From assembly GCA_030704615.1 (NCBI GenBank), contig CM060733.1, forward strand, positions 71,982,001-72,046,000: 64,000 nt of DNA. Reading direction: 5' to 3'. A program made the translations under genes and the position numbers. The notes below the pieces were generated by a model. It had not been told where the DNA came from, did no database searches, and worked only from the letters and a program-made list of their open reading frames with translations. Positions within the stretch are counted from its first letter, which is position 1, and each line of letters begins with the position of its first letter. Positions 51,490-62,933 of the stretch are shown here, piece by piece. Source of the stretch: Takakia lepidozioides (taxonomy: Eukaryota > Plantae > Bryophyta).

Positions 51490-54400
51490 TGTGGGGCTGT
51501 GACAGGCTGTGGCAAGCTGTGACGGGCTGTGTCAGGCTGTGGCGAGCTGTGAGGGGCTGTGACCGGCTGTGCCCATGGCCTTTGGGGCTGTGACGGGCTA
51601 TGACAGGTTGTGACAGGCCGTGCCTGAGGCCTTTGAGGCTGTGACGGGCTGTGAGGGGCTGTGACAGGCCGTGCCCATGGCCTTTGGGGCTGTGACGGGC
51701 TGTGAGGGGCTGTGACAGGCCGTGCCTGAGGCCTTTGAGGCTGTGACGGGCTGTGAGGGCTGTGACAGGCCGTGCCTGAGGCCTTTGAGGCTGTGACGGG
51801 CTGTGAGGGGCTGTGACAGGCCGTGCCCATGGCCTTTGGGGCTGTGACGGGCTGTGAGGGGCTGTGACAGGCTGTGCCCTGTGCCCTGTGGGGCTGTGAC
51901 GGGCTGTGTCAGGCTGTGGCGAGCTGTGACGGGCTGTGACAGGCTGTGCCCAGTGGCCTGTGGGGCTGTGACGGGCTGTGATGGGCTGTGGCAAGCTGTG
52001 ACAGGCTGTGATGGGTTGTGATGGGCTGTGACAGGCTGTGCCCTGTGCCCTGTGGAGCTGTGACAGGCTGTGACAGGCTGTGGCAAGCTGTGACAGGCTG
52101 TGATGGGCTGTGATGGGCTGTGCCCTGTGCCCTGTGGGGCTGTGACGGGCTGTGTCAGGCTGTGACAGGCTGTGCCCAATGGCCTTTGGGGCTGTGCGGG
52201 GCTGTGACAGGCTGTGCCCTGAGGCCTGTGGGGCTGTGAGGGGCTGTGACAGGCCGTGCCCATGGCCTTTGGGCTGTGACGGGCTGTGAGGGGCTGTGAC
52301 AGGCCGTGCCTGAGGCCTTTGAGGCTGTGACGGGCTGTGAGGGCTGTGACAGGCCGTGCCTGAGGCCTTTGAGGCTGTGACGGGCTGTGAGGGGCTGTGA
52401 CAGGCCGTGCCCATGGCCTTTGGGGCTGTGACGGGCTGTGAGGGGCTGTGACAGGCTGTGCCCTGTGCCCTGTGGGGCTGTGACGGGCTGTGTCAGGCTG
52501 TGGCGAGCTGTGACAGGCTGTGCCTAGTGGCCTGTGGGGCTGTGACGGGCTGTGATGGGCTGTGGCAAGCTGTGACAGGCTGTGATGGGTTGTGATGGGC
52601 TGTGACAGGCTGTGCCCTGTGCCCTGTGGAGCTGTGACGGGCTGTGACAGGCTGTGGCAAGCTGTGACAGGCTGTGATGGGCTGTGATGGGCTGTGATAG
52701 GCTGTGCCCTGTGCCCTGTGGGGCTGTGACGGGCTGTGTCAGGCTGTGACAGGCTGTGCCCAATGGCCTTTGGGGCTGTGCGGGGCTGTGACAGGCTGTG
52801 CCCTGAGGCCTGTGGGGCTGTGAGGGGCTGTGACAGGCCGTGCCCATGGCCTTTGGGGCTGTGACGGGCTGTGAGGGGCTGTGACAGGCCGTGCCTGAGG
52901 CCTTTGAGGCTGTGACGGGCTGTGAGGGCTGTGACAGGCCGTGCCTGAGGCCTTTGAGGCTGTGACGGGCTGTGAGGGGCTGTGACAGGCCGTGCCCATG
53001 GCCTTTGGGGCTGTGACGGGCTGTGAGGGGCTGTGACAGGCTGTGCCCAGTGGCCTGTGGGGCTGTGACGGGCTGTGATGGGCTGTGGCAAGCTGTGATA
53101 GGCTGTGATGGGTTGTGATGGGCTGTGACAGGCTGTGCCCTGTGCCCTGTGGAGCTGTGACGGGCTGTGACAGGCTGTGGCAAGCTGTGACAGGCTGTGA
53201 TGGGCTGTGATAGGCTGTGCCCTGTGCCCTGTGGGGCTGTGACGGGCTGTGTCAGGCTGTGACAGGCTGTGCCCAGTGGCCTTTGGGGCTGTGACGGGCT
53301 GTGCGGGGCTGTGACAGGCTGTGCCCTGAGGCCTGTGGGGCTGTGACGGGCTGTGACAGGCTGTGCCCATGGCCTTTGGGGCTGTGATGGGCTGTGAGGG
53401 GCTGTGACAGGCCGTGCCTGAGGCCTTTGCGGCTGTGACGGGCTGTGACGGGCTGTGGCAAGCTGTGACAGGCTGTGATGGGCTGTGACAGGTTGTGCCC
53501 TGTGCCCTGTGGGGCTGTGACGGGCTGTGCGGGGCTGTGACAGGCTGTGCCCTAAGGCTTGTGGGGCTGTGACGGGCTGTGACAGGCTGTGCCCATGGCC
53601 TTTGGGGCTGTGATGGGCTGTGAGGGGCTGCGACAGGCCGTGCCTGAGGCCTTTGAGGCTGTGACGGGCTGTGCGGGGCTGTGACAGGCTGTGCCCTGAG
53701 GCCTGTGGGCTGTGACGGGCTGTGACAGGCTGTGCCCATGGCCTTTGGGGCTGTGATGGGCTGTGAGGGGCTGTGACAGGCCGTGCCTGAGGCCTTTGCG
53801 GCTGTGACGGGCTGTGAGGGGCTGTGACAGGCCGTGCCCATGGCCTTTGGGGCTGTGACGGGCTGTGCGGGGCTGTGACAGGCCGTGCCTGAGGCCTTTG
53901 AGGCTGTGATGGGCTGTGAGGGGCTGTGACAAGCCGTGTCCATGGCCTTTGGGGCTGTGATGGGCTGTGGGGGCTGTGACAGGCCGTGCCTGAGGCCTTT
54001 GAGGCTGTGACGGGCTGTGAGGGGCTGTGACAGGCCGTGCCTGAGGCCTTTGAGGCTGTGACGGGCTGTGCGGGGCTGTGACAGGCTGTGCCCTGAGGCC
54101 TGTGGGGCTGTGACGGGCTGTGACAGGCTGTGGCGAGCTGTGACAGGCTGTGCCCATGGCCTTTGGGGCTGTGACGGGCTGTGACGGGCTGTGACAGGCC
54201 GTGCCCATGGCCTTTGGGGCTGTGAGGGGCTGTGAGGGGCTGTGACAGGCCGTGCCTGAGGCCTTTGGGCTGTGACGGGCTGTGAGGGGCTGTGACAGGC
54301 CGTGCCCATGGCCTTTGGGGCTGTGACGGGCTGTGAGGGGCTGTGATAGGCCGTGCCTGAGGCCTTTGAGGCTGTGAGGGGCTGTGAGGGGCTGTGACAG

Positions 54401-54605
54401 GCCGTGCCTGAGGCCTTTGAGGCTGTGACGGGCTGTGAGGGGCTGTGAGGGGCTGTGACAGGCCGTGCCCATGGCCTTTGGGGCTGTGAGGGGCTGTGAG
54501 GGGCTGTGACAGGCCGTGCCTGAGGCCTTTGAGGCTGTGACAGGCTGTGAGGGGCTGCGACAGGCTGTGCCCAGTGGCCTGTTGGACTGTGATGGCTGTG
54601 ACCAG
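51490..54605. repeat. 3.1-kb satellite, 10-bp base unit GGCTGTGA(C/T/G)R with higher-order structure
   Basis: Directly visible array. A ~585-bp higher-order period is seen between about 51650 and 53000. Confidence 0.97.
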
Positions 54606-55339
54606 TGAGCTGTGTGGGCCTGTGCTGGTCTGTGGTGGCCCGTGTTGACCTGTGGACGGCCTGTGCTGACTCGTGGAGGCACTGGTGGACTGCCTAAGGA
54701 CTGGCATGTGGTCTGGAAGGCCGAATTTTGAAGCTCGTGGAGGGCGGTTTGAGGAGTATCTTCATGATATTCCCATGGTCATGCAAGTGAGGGTAGAGAG
54801 GAGAGGCAGAGTGTTGGGATGAGAGCATGCTGGGGTTAGGCATTGCTTTAGCTTCTCTTCCTCGTAGTTTCCACCCTCTCATTAGGCCAAGACCTTTCCG
54901 TAGGTGGAGGCAAGAGTCAGTCCGGGTTTGGGCTGGGGTGTCCTTGCAGGAGCAACACCGTGGAGTTGTTTTTGGTGTGGGGGAGTTGTCGATCTGATTT
55001 CTTGTGTTTGGATCCCCTCCATACCTGCATGCTTGACTGTGCGCCATGCTAGTTTTGTGTGGGCGCTTGTTTTTATAGGTGATTGGTCCGGATTTGATCA
55101 CCGGCCAGTCCTAGAGCATGCTGTCGATGGTGAGGCTGGGGTGATGACCAGCCAGACCATCATTGTTTCTCCTGTGGTGAGGTTGGAGGTGATGACCAGC
55201 CAACCATAGGAGTGCTTGCGGTGGATGCAGGTACAGGTGTAGGCTATGTTAGGAACTTAGTATTCCAAACCATAAGCCGCAACAGGTTCTCTACCCGGTT
55301 ACCTTATGGAGAGGGGGTTAGGGACATGTTCATGACCGG

Positions 55340-58300
55340 TTGAGTGTCAACACGGAGGTGCCACTAGTTGCTGGGGACAGTGCCGGTTCGAGCACTAGCA
55401 ATACTAGTGGGTACACGAGACGAGGTGTGCGGTTTAGGCCACCTTCACCTCCTGTGTCTTCCACGGAAGTTTCTGATTCGGATTGTGAATCAGGAGGGCT
55501 CATACCGGCGGTGCAAGTCGTTTCTTTGCCATTGTTGTGGGACACAATGGAGGAGATGTATGGAGCTACCAAGGGGCCACGAAGGTACTCTGGGGCGGTG
55601 GGCACCATCGAGTTGGATGATTTTATCCAAGAGTTTGATAGTTGGTGTGATTTGCAGCAAATGCGCAATCCACAACTATTTACGCCTTTCATGGCATGGA
55701 AGGGGCTGTTTCAGCACCTTGAGGGGCCGCCTATGGATGATTACCATGAGTTCAGGCGGGGGCATGAGGTTGAGATCGAGGAGTGGAGGATGTACTGGTC
55801 ACCCGACTATGTCTCCATCACTAGGGGCACTAGAGCCACGAGGGCAGTGGCTACACCTGCCGCTGCACCGGCAGCTTCAGCAAGTAGCAGTGGGACTGGT
55901 GGTACAGTAGCTACGACATCCACCCAAGCCACTACCGCACCAGCACTAGCACCCGTGCCTGCCTTCAACCCTGTTGTGGAGTTCTTCGAAGAGTTGAGAG
56001 GGAACTACCAAGGGGTGAGGACAGAGAAGTTGCGGAGCTTGCAAGAGTTCCAACGGAAGCCGACCGAGAGCTTGAGGGAGGCTTTCACTCGCATGAGGCG
56101 CTTGATAAATGTAACCCAAGGGGTTACGGAAGCTCAGGCAGTCCAATTCTGGTATGGGATATTGGACAAGGAGCTGAGGAGAAGGGTGCGGGATGCAACT
56201 CTCCTACAAGCGGCCCAACCCACCTTAGCAAATGTGTTTTTGCTGGCAGAGCGGATAGAGCTCAACATGGTGGAGGAACGAGTGGTCATGGTGGGATTTG
56301 CTAAGGAGACACCACGGGGTAGTGGTGCTCCTAGCCAACCACTACCTCAACGTGCTCAAGGCAACAAGGGGGCTCAGGTGAAGCTCAGGGAAGGGCAGAG
56401 AGGACCTCAAATGCAGGGGTCTCTCCCTTCATTTGCTGGCCAACAACGGGCGGATGTGGTGTGCTGGACATGTGGAGGACCCCATGTCAAGAAGGATTGT
56501 CCAGAGGGAGGCAAAGGGTCGGCACATGCACAGCCTGCAGAGTTACAGTGTGGGCATTGTGGCAAACACGGGCATGGAGAGGCTCAGTGTTATGGTTTGC
56601 ATCCTGAGTTGCGCCCAGGCCAGTTCCAAGGGAACAATGGTGGCCGGGGGCGAGGTGGAGCAGCCCAGAGGGGACGAGGTGGCCAGCCACGAGGCCAAGG
56701 GCAAGCTCAACGTGGCCAAGGACGCGGAGGTCAGGGTGTTGACCAAGGCATGGCCAACCGGCTTCAGCAGCTAGAGCAGAGGCTCGCTGCCATGGCTACA
56801 GCTCAGGTGGTACCGGCTCTAAGGCCGGATGGTCCACCTCCTACTCCTGAGGGAGGAGATATGGGAGGCATGGGATTCATGTGTGGAGCAGCACTACCAC
56901 TAGTGCAGGTGGAGTCTGCTGCAGCCGTGACTCGAGGAGCAGCACGAGTTCCTGAGCCACGAGGTGCAGAGGTGGAGTTGGATCAACAGCATGGGGAGGC
57001 AAGCCGTCAGGCTAGGCTTCCTCAGTCATTCACATTGGCGGAGACAGTGTCGACGCCATCCATGGCACCTAGTTCTCGCCCGACTGTTACCGAGGCGGAG
57101 GTTACTATGCCATTGGGGAGAGCTACACGGGCAGCACCACTACCTAGTGTTGCCAAGGCTACGGCAGCTAGTGTGCTGTTAGGAGCGGCCACATCTGTGT
57201 GCCAGGCTCCATTGTTCTCGGCTACCATGATTGCGACGCCGGGGATAAGACCAGCTGAGGTGTTCAGGCTGGCAGCTACACTCTGTGAGAGTGGGGAGGT
57301 TACTTCATCTTCTGCGGAGATAGTGGGAGGTGTAGTGCCGGAGGGATCCTCGGATTTGAGGGTCAAGACTGCCACGGCGGCGCCATGGCAAGCTGCAGCT
57401 GCCAGGTTGATGGAGCTGCCAGCTAGGCCAGCCATTGAGCGCGCCATGGTGACACCTGGAGTTGTCATGTTAGACAACCAGGATGGCATTTTCTGTTTGA
57501 GTGGACCGGCAAGCAAGAGGTACCGGCCACTGCGAGTCTTGTTGGACTCGGGAGCTCAGTCATTGATGCTGGGCAGAGCTGCTATTGCAGGCTTGGGCCT
57601 CACGGAGGCGGATATGGAGCCTTGTCCTTTCCAGATACAGACGTCTCTGGGAGGATCGGAGCAGGCTCGGGGCATGACACGGCATGAGTTGGCTATCAGA
57701 CTATGGCCGGATCACCCTACAGATGGCTCAGTGATGCGAGCCAAGGCCATTGTGACAGACGCAGTCTCATACGATGTCCTGGTTGGTGGGGCAGTGTTGT
57801 ACCCCATGGGCTTCACCCTGGATTTTTGGGAGGAGTCAGCTTCCTATAGGCCTGCATGGCAGTCAGGGGAGGGCCGGCGTGTGCAGCTCCCTGTGACGTT
57901 CATAGGAGGAGTTGCGATTGCCCAGCGAGGCAAGATGCCGACACTAGCAGCATTCACAGCGGCAGTGAGTTGGCCTAGAGAGTTGCTTGAGGGCAATGCT
58001 CATTCAGAGGATGTACCACCTCCGGGAGAGCAGGATGACATGTATGGTATGGCGGAGTTGCCTACCATGGTTGCTCAGACTCCATTGTGGGGCACGAGCA
58101 AGGATTTGCAGCGGGATGCTGATCGACGGGTGCAACAAGCCTGGGTGGAGGCTTTTGTACCGTCAGGAGAGGAGGAGAGTGTGGGGATTGCACCAGGACC
58201 ACCTCAATTGTCTCCATTGGACACCACACCTATTGTGTGGCAGTCTCCGGATGAAGGCATTTGTCTTCTGGACTTGTTTGGCGGGATCAGCACCGGATTG

Positions 58301-58708
58301 GCTGCTGTGTTACAGGCAGGTGTACGAGTTCAGCGTTACCTGTATGTGGAGAGGGATGAGACTGCACGACGCGTTTCACTTCGCCATGTTGCTCAGTTGG
58401 TGCAGCGGTACCCTGAGTTGTTGTCGGTGTCTGCAATTCGTGGATATCAGCAGGCCTTGCCAGCAGACGTTTTGTTGCTGGGGGCGCAGGATTTGGAGCG
58501 GGTTGGCTCCATTGATCTGGTAGTGGCAGGTTGGCCCTGCCAAGGGCATTCATCAGCCGGGCATGGCAATGGATTGCGAGACTCGAGGTCGGGTCTGTTT
58601 TGGGAGATGGTGCGGGTTTTGCGCCACTTGCAGCTTCATCAAGCTGTATCTCCAGCATACATCTTGGAGAATGTAGGAGTTGGCAGCCAAGGCGGCTGTG
58701 ATGGATGA
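55340..58708 (+). CDS. gag (2 CCHC knuckles) - aspartic protease - truncated C5 cytosine methyltransferase
   Basis: CWTCGGPHVKKDC, CGHCGKHGHGEAQC, VLLDSGAQ, LDLFGGISTG, VAGWPCQGHS, SRSGLFWE, YILENV. The start codon is uncertain. Confidence 0.88.
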   Translation: MSVNTEVPLVAGDSAGSSTSNTSGYTRRGVRFRPPSPPVSSTEVSDSDCESGGLIPAVQVVSLPLLWDTMEEMYGATKGPRRYSGAVGTIELDDFIQEFDSWCDLQQMRNPQLFTPFMAWKGLFQHLEGPPMDDYHEFRRGHEVEIEEWRMYWSPDYVSITRGTRATRAVATPAAAPAASASSSGTGGTVATTSTQATTAPALAPVPAFNPVVEFFEELRGNYQGVRTEKLRSLQEFQRKPTESLREAFTRMRRLINVTQGVTEAQAVQFWYGILDKELRRRVRDATLLQAAQPTLANVFLLAERIELNMVEERVVMVGFAKETPRGSGAPSQPLPQRAQGNKGAQVKLREGQRGPQMQGSLPSFAGQQRADVVCWTCGGPHVKKDCPEGGKGSAHAQPAELQCGHCGKHGHGEAQCYGLHPELRPGQFQGNNGGRGRGGAAQRGRGGQPRGQGQAQRGQGRGGQGVDQGMANRLQQLEQRLAAMATAQVVPALRPDGPPPTPEGGDMGGMGFMCGAALPLVQVESAAAVTRGAARVPEPRGAEVELDQQHGEASRQARLPQSFTLAETVSTPSMAPSSRPTVTEAEVTMPLGRATRAAPLPSVAKATAASVLLGAATSVCQAPLFSATMIATPGIRPAEVFRLAATLCESGEVTSSSAEIVGGVVPEGSSDLRVKTATAAPWQAAAARLMELPARPAIERAMVTPGVVMLDNQDGIFCLSGPASKRYRPLRVLLDSGAQSLMLGRAAIAGLGLTEADMEPCPFQIQTSLGGSEQARGMTRHELAIRLWPDHPTDGSVMRAKAIVTDAVSYDVLVGGAVLYPMGFTLDFWEESASYRPAWQSGEGRRVQLPVTFIGGVAIAQRGKMPTLAAFTAAVSWPRELLEGNAHSEDVPPPGEQDDMYGMAELPTMVAQTPLWGTSKDLQRDADRRVQQAWVEAFVPSGEEESVGIAPGPPQLSPLDTTPIVWQSPDEGICLLDLFGGISTGLAAVLQAGVRVQRYLYVERDETARRVSLRHVAQLVQRYPELLSVSAIRGYQQALPADVLLLGAQDLERVGSIDLVVAGWPCQGHSSAGHGNGLRDSRSGLFWEMVRVLRHLQLHQAVSPAYILENVGVGSQGGCDG

Positions 58709-61700
58709 GGTTGGGGATTCTTCTCGGGTTGAGGAGGTCCTCAAGGATGAGATGATGGGGCATGATGAGGCCTTGTCATTGACTGAGCAGGTAGGGAGTA
58801 CTGCTCAAGAGGTTGCAGCATAGCAACCACGGGACGCGTCCTCTACCTCTAAGCCCACTGGACTTAAGGTTGTAGTTACGGAGGACAATTGGGAGCCTGA
58901 CATTGGACCCATTGTCACCGGAGGAGAGAGACGACGTATACGGCGGTTCCTGAGGGCTTACAGGAATTGCTTTGCCTTCAGTTTGAAGGACTTGGGAGCA
59001 CTGAAGGGTCAAGAGATCCGTATTGAGTTGGCCACTGACACGCCAATCTTTCGGAGACCCTATAGATACAGTGACATGGAGAGGTCTTTGATTCAGATGA
59101 GGACTCAAGATCTCTGGGAGGCAGGTTTGGTGGAGCTCTCTGGTGGAGAGTATGCTTCAGCCACAGTGATGCCAGCCAAGAAGGATGTCTATGGCAATTG
59201 GACGGAGAGACGTATGTGCGGTGATTACCGGCCTGTAAATCGTCAGACCAAGTCCGATAAGTATGCCATGCCAACACCAGAGGAGATCTTTGATGCCATC
59301 GGGCATGCTAAGGCCTTTAGCACTTTGGATTTACGATCCGGATATCACCAGTTGCCAATCAAGGAGGCGGACAAGCAGAAGACGGCATTCTGGGGGATCA
59401 ATGAGCACGGCAAGGATTGCCTATATCAGTGGCGGTTCTTACCATTTGGGCTTAAGAATGCTCCTGCAGAGTTTCAGAGAGTCATGGATAGGATTCTAGC
59501 AGGGGTGGACTTTGCTCGGTGCTACATAGATGACATCATCATCTTTAGTGTTACGATGGAGGAGCATGAGAGACACCTTCAGGTGGTATTGGAGCGCTTG
59601 AGAGCGCACGGATTGAAGTTGCATCCGGGGAAGTGCAAGTTTTTCCACGACCAGATTGAGTATCTGGGTCACATGATATATCCTGGAGGATTGGGGGTAC
59701 AGCAGACTAAGGTAGAGGCCATTGCACAAATTCCACGCCCCACGGATGTGAGCCGAGTTCGAGCTTCCATGGGGTTGGCAAACTATTATAGACGGTTTGT
59801 CAAGGGATTTAGTACCATTGCAAAGGCTCTAACCAAGCTGACCAAGGTGGACCAGGAGTGGCAGTGGGAAGATGAGCAGGAACGAGCTTTTCAAGAGCTC
59901 AAGGCGAGGTTGACCTCGGCGCCTATCTTGAGACGACCTATCAGGGGGCGTCCCTTTCAGCTGCATACGGATTGGAGCATGCTGGGGCTTGGAGCGGTGC
60001 TCACACATGTGGATGATGAGGGAAGAGAGTTCGTAGTGGCTTACGCTAGCCGCTCGAACAACGCTGCAGAGGCTAAGTACAGCTCATATGAGGGAGAGTG
60101 CTTAGCTGCAGTGTGGGCCGTGGCACACTTCAGGTGCTATCTATACGGCAATCTTTTCACCCTTGTCACGGATCACCAGCCACTCAAGTGGTTGATGGAG
60201 TCAGACAAGCTTACGGGGAAGCTTGCACGGTGGGCACTTATACTCCAGGAGTATGACTTTCAGGTTGTGCATCGACCGGGTTTGGTCAATCGGGATGCGG
60301 ATGGATTGAGTCGCAATCCATGCATGAGCCAGCAGGATGACACTGGAGCTCGGTGGCATGGTGAGACGGACGAGGAGATGGTGCCGGGATGGCACGCATC
60401 TGCATTTTTGTGTATCTTGGCATTGGGAGGTCAGATTGGACCTACAACAGGGATGACTGTAGACGGAGTGTCTGAGGACCCTGAGGCTAGTGATGAGCTA
60501 GGTGGTGCCAGAGATATACATGAGGATTCGGCTGTGTTGGACTACCTCCGCACGGGAGACACGGCAGCCATTGTGACTGCCAGGGAGAGGGATCGGATCC
60601 TGCAACGAGCCAAGAGGTTCAAGTGGGAGGGGATACACCTACTTCGAGTGTGGGAGGGTGGTCGGGTGAGGATTGTGCCTCACCCCACACAGCGTGCACG
60701 GTTAGTGCGGCATGCCCATGAGGAGTTGGGGCATTTTGGAGTGCGACGCACTCACAGTTTACTGCAGGGGCAGTATTGGTGGCGTGGTATGCATACAGAG
60801 GTGCAACAGTTTGTGGCTAGGTGCATGGTGTGTGACAGGGTGCGTGCTTCGTTTAACGCCCCTACACCACAGTTGCATCCTTTACCTATCATGGGATTGG
60901 GCTACAGATGGAGTCTTGACTTCGCAGGACCGTTGCCACTGACTATGCGCCACCACAGATATGTGTTGGTGATGGTGGAGCACTTCTCCAAGTGGATTGA
61001 GTTGGTTCCATTGCCTGACAAGGCTAGTGAGGGGGCTGCGTATGCATTCTTGGATCGTGTGCTTAGCCGATTTGGTGCTCCAGCTGAGGTACTCACGGAC
61101 CAAGGGAGAGAGTTCTTGGGGGAGTTTCAGGCTTTGTGTGATAAAGCCTTGATAGACCACCGCACCACTTCTCGGGATCATCCTGAGGCCGATGAGGCCG
61201 ATGGCTTAGCAGAGAGAGTTGTTCAGACGGTGAAGAGGGGTTTGCGCAAGTATGGCTTGCAGAAGGGACACCTAGGAGATTGGGATCTTCAGGTTCCTTG
61301 GTTAGCCATGGGCTACAGGTTCAGCAAACAAGCATCACTTGCCTCCTTCTCACCATATTTCCTTCTCTTTGGCCGGGAGCCGGATTTGCCTACAGCCATT
61401 CGTAGGGACACTGCTCAAGTCCTTAACCTTGACGATCCGGACGTGTGGGTACGTGCATGTGATCAGCGTGCAGAGTTGTTCAAGAAAGTCATGCCCATGG
61501 CTTTTGAGAACCTTGCCATTGCACAGCACCGTGATACGTTGAGGTATGCCACTATACGTGGTGGAGGATATCGTCCTGGGGTTCGGAGGTTTAGCCCTGG
61601 TGACTATGTTTATTTGCAGCAGACTGCTCCTACGACTCTGGATGTTACTGCAGGGCGTGTTATTCTGAGGGTTCGAGAGGTGTTGCCCTCAGGGGTCCTG

Positions 61701-61967
61701 ATCTTGGAGGGTCGGGATGGCATGACTTGGAAGGACCATGTGCGTAATTGTGCGCCATGTCACCTTCCCAATGTCGATGGCAGAGTTGACCCAAACTTGG
61801 CAGTGGTACCTGCAGGTTTGAGGTGCATGCTTTGTAGGTCTGCCAAAGGGGCAGCCACCATGCTGGTGTGTGATCGATGCTCAAGGGGTTGGCATATGGG
61901 ATGCTTGACACCACCTCTTGAGAAGGTTCCTGATGGAGATTGGTTGTGTCCACACTGCTTGGGATAG
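58677..61967 (+). CDS. pol: RT - RNase H - integrase - PHD finger
   Basis: LDLRSGYHQ, YIDDIIIFS, LHTDWS, HEELGHFG..CMVC, SLDFAG, LTDQG, LAERVV, CMLC..LVCDRCSRGWHMGCLTPPL..VPDGDWLCPHC. The frame extends upstream of 58983 with one TAG at 58821. Confidence 0.93.
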
Positions 61968-62216
61968 TGGCAGTGGACATGACTGGAGGCAGCTAACAAG
62001 ACATGGGAGGCCAAGCTCATAGGAGTCAATACATGAGATCCCAAGCTCAAGTTCACAAGTTGCAAGATGGCGACTAATGATGGGGCAACTCTTGCACCCG
62101 GCCTCTTGATCTATCGAGTTTGAGTGTAGTAGGGATAATGGTGGAGGACTTAGTGAGGCTATGGTCACTATCACATCTTGTGGCTACCTGGACTTAGAGG
62201 GACCTAAGCACCAGCT

Positions 62217-62227
62217 AGGGGGGCGAT
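62217..62227 (+). promoter_or_regulatory. polypurine tract
   Basis: AGGGGGGCGAT immediately before the TG of B1. Confidence 0.75.
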
Positions 62228-62744
62228 TGTGTGGACTAGTGACTGCCATAGTGGGCAGCATAATGGCAGCCTAGTGACTGACTAGTTGTAGCCTAGTGGT
62301 TGGACTAGTGGCTGGACTAGTGGTGGACTAGTAGTATACTAGTGTGTGGTGTGCACATGTGTTGTGTGGTTTTGGACAGCGATGTAGTTGTGTAGCGATA
62401 TGTATGCGCACGACAGCTGTCAAGTTATTTTACCACTAGTGTGAAACTAGCTAGAAAATAGCTAGCTTTTACATATTGACATTTGGGATTGGCCCAAGTG
62501 TCAATCCAGGGGTCAAGGCAGATTTAGGCCCTGGAGTGGTTATCTTCACGGCAAGCGCATGAGGCTCATCTTTCTCGAGTTGAGCCTCACCGCGCCTAGC
62601 TATGGCGCCGTAGTGTGGATTCCCCATGGCGTGGGGTGCACTTGGCTTGACTTGTATTTGAGTGATGAGGTTATATATGCATGAGTTTATGCTTCAGCTT
62701 TGTGAGCTCGCATGAGCTTGTGCTTGTATTCTTCTTCTTTATCA
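62228..62744 (+). repeat. full LTR (B1-GC-A2, 517 bp)
   Basis: Starts with TG after the PPT and ends with CA at the position that abuts the PBS in the 5' copy. Confidence 0.85.
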
Positions 62745-62745
62745 T

Positions 62746-62933
62746 TGTGTGGACTAGTGACTGCCATAGTGGGCAGCATAATGGCAGCCTAGTGACTGAC
62801 TAGTTGTAGCCTAGTGGTTGGACTAGTGGCTGGACTAGTGGTGGACTAGTAGTATACTAGTGTGTGGTGTGCACATGTGTTGTGTGGTTTTGGACAGCGA
62901 TGTAGTTGTGTAGCGATATGTATGCGCACGACA
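62746..62933 (+). repeat. terminal repeat B2 (5' part of the LTR, 188 bp)
   Basis: Appears identical to 62228-62415. Confidence 0.95.

Larger units (their letters stand above)
49631..62933 (+). mobile_element. Ty3/gypsy retrotransposon with split/permuted terminal repeats, DNA methyltransferase and PHD domains
   Basis: A1 49631-49957; B1 62228-62415; GC; A2 62418-62744; T; B2 62746-62933. AACG lies on both flanks (49627-49630, 62934-62937). Internal order is gag-PR-MTase / RT-RH-INT-PHD. Confidence 0.88.

Noticed and set aside
51410-54707. Long minus-strand ORFs (up to 903 aa)
   Set aside because: They are translations of a stop-poor satellite, open in several frames at once.
55248-55300. 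TGTT...AACA followed by GGTTCTCTACC as an alternative LTR end/PBS near gag
   Set aside because: No second copy and no recognisable tRNA complement.
49631-62933. Two independent LTR elements (LTR A and LTR B) nested
   Set aside because: The repeats interleave (A,B,A,B), which simple nesting cannot give. A single TSD brackets the whole.
49631-62933. DIRS/Ngaro tyrosine-recombinase element
   Set aside because: No YR domain is seen. Protease, a DDE integrase, a PPT and a TSD are present, and the MTase has C5 motifs (PCQ/ENV) rather than DAM-like ones.
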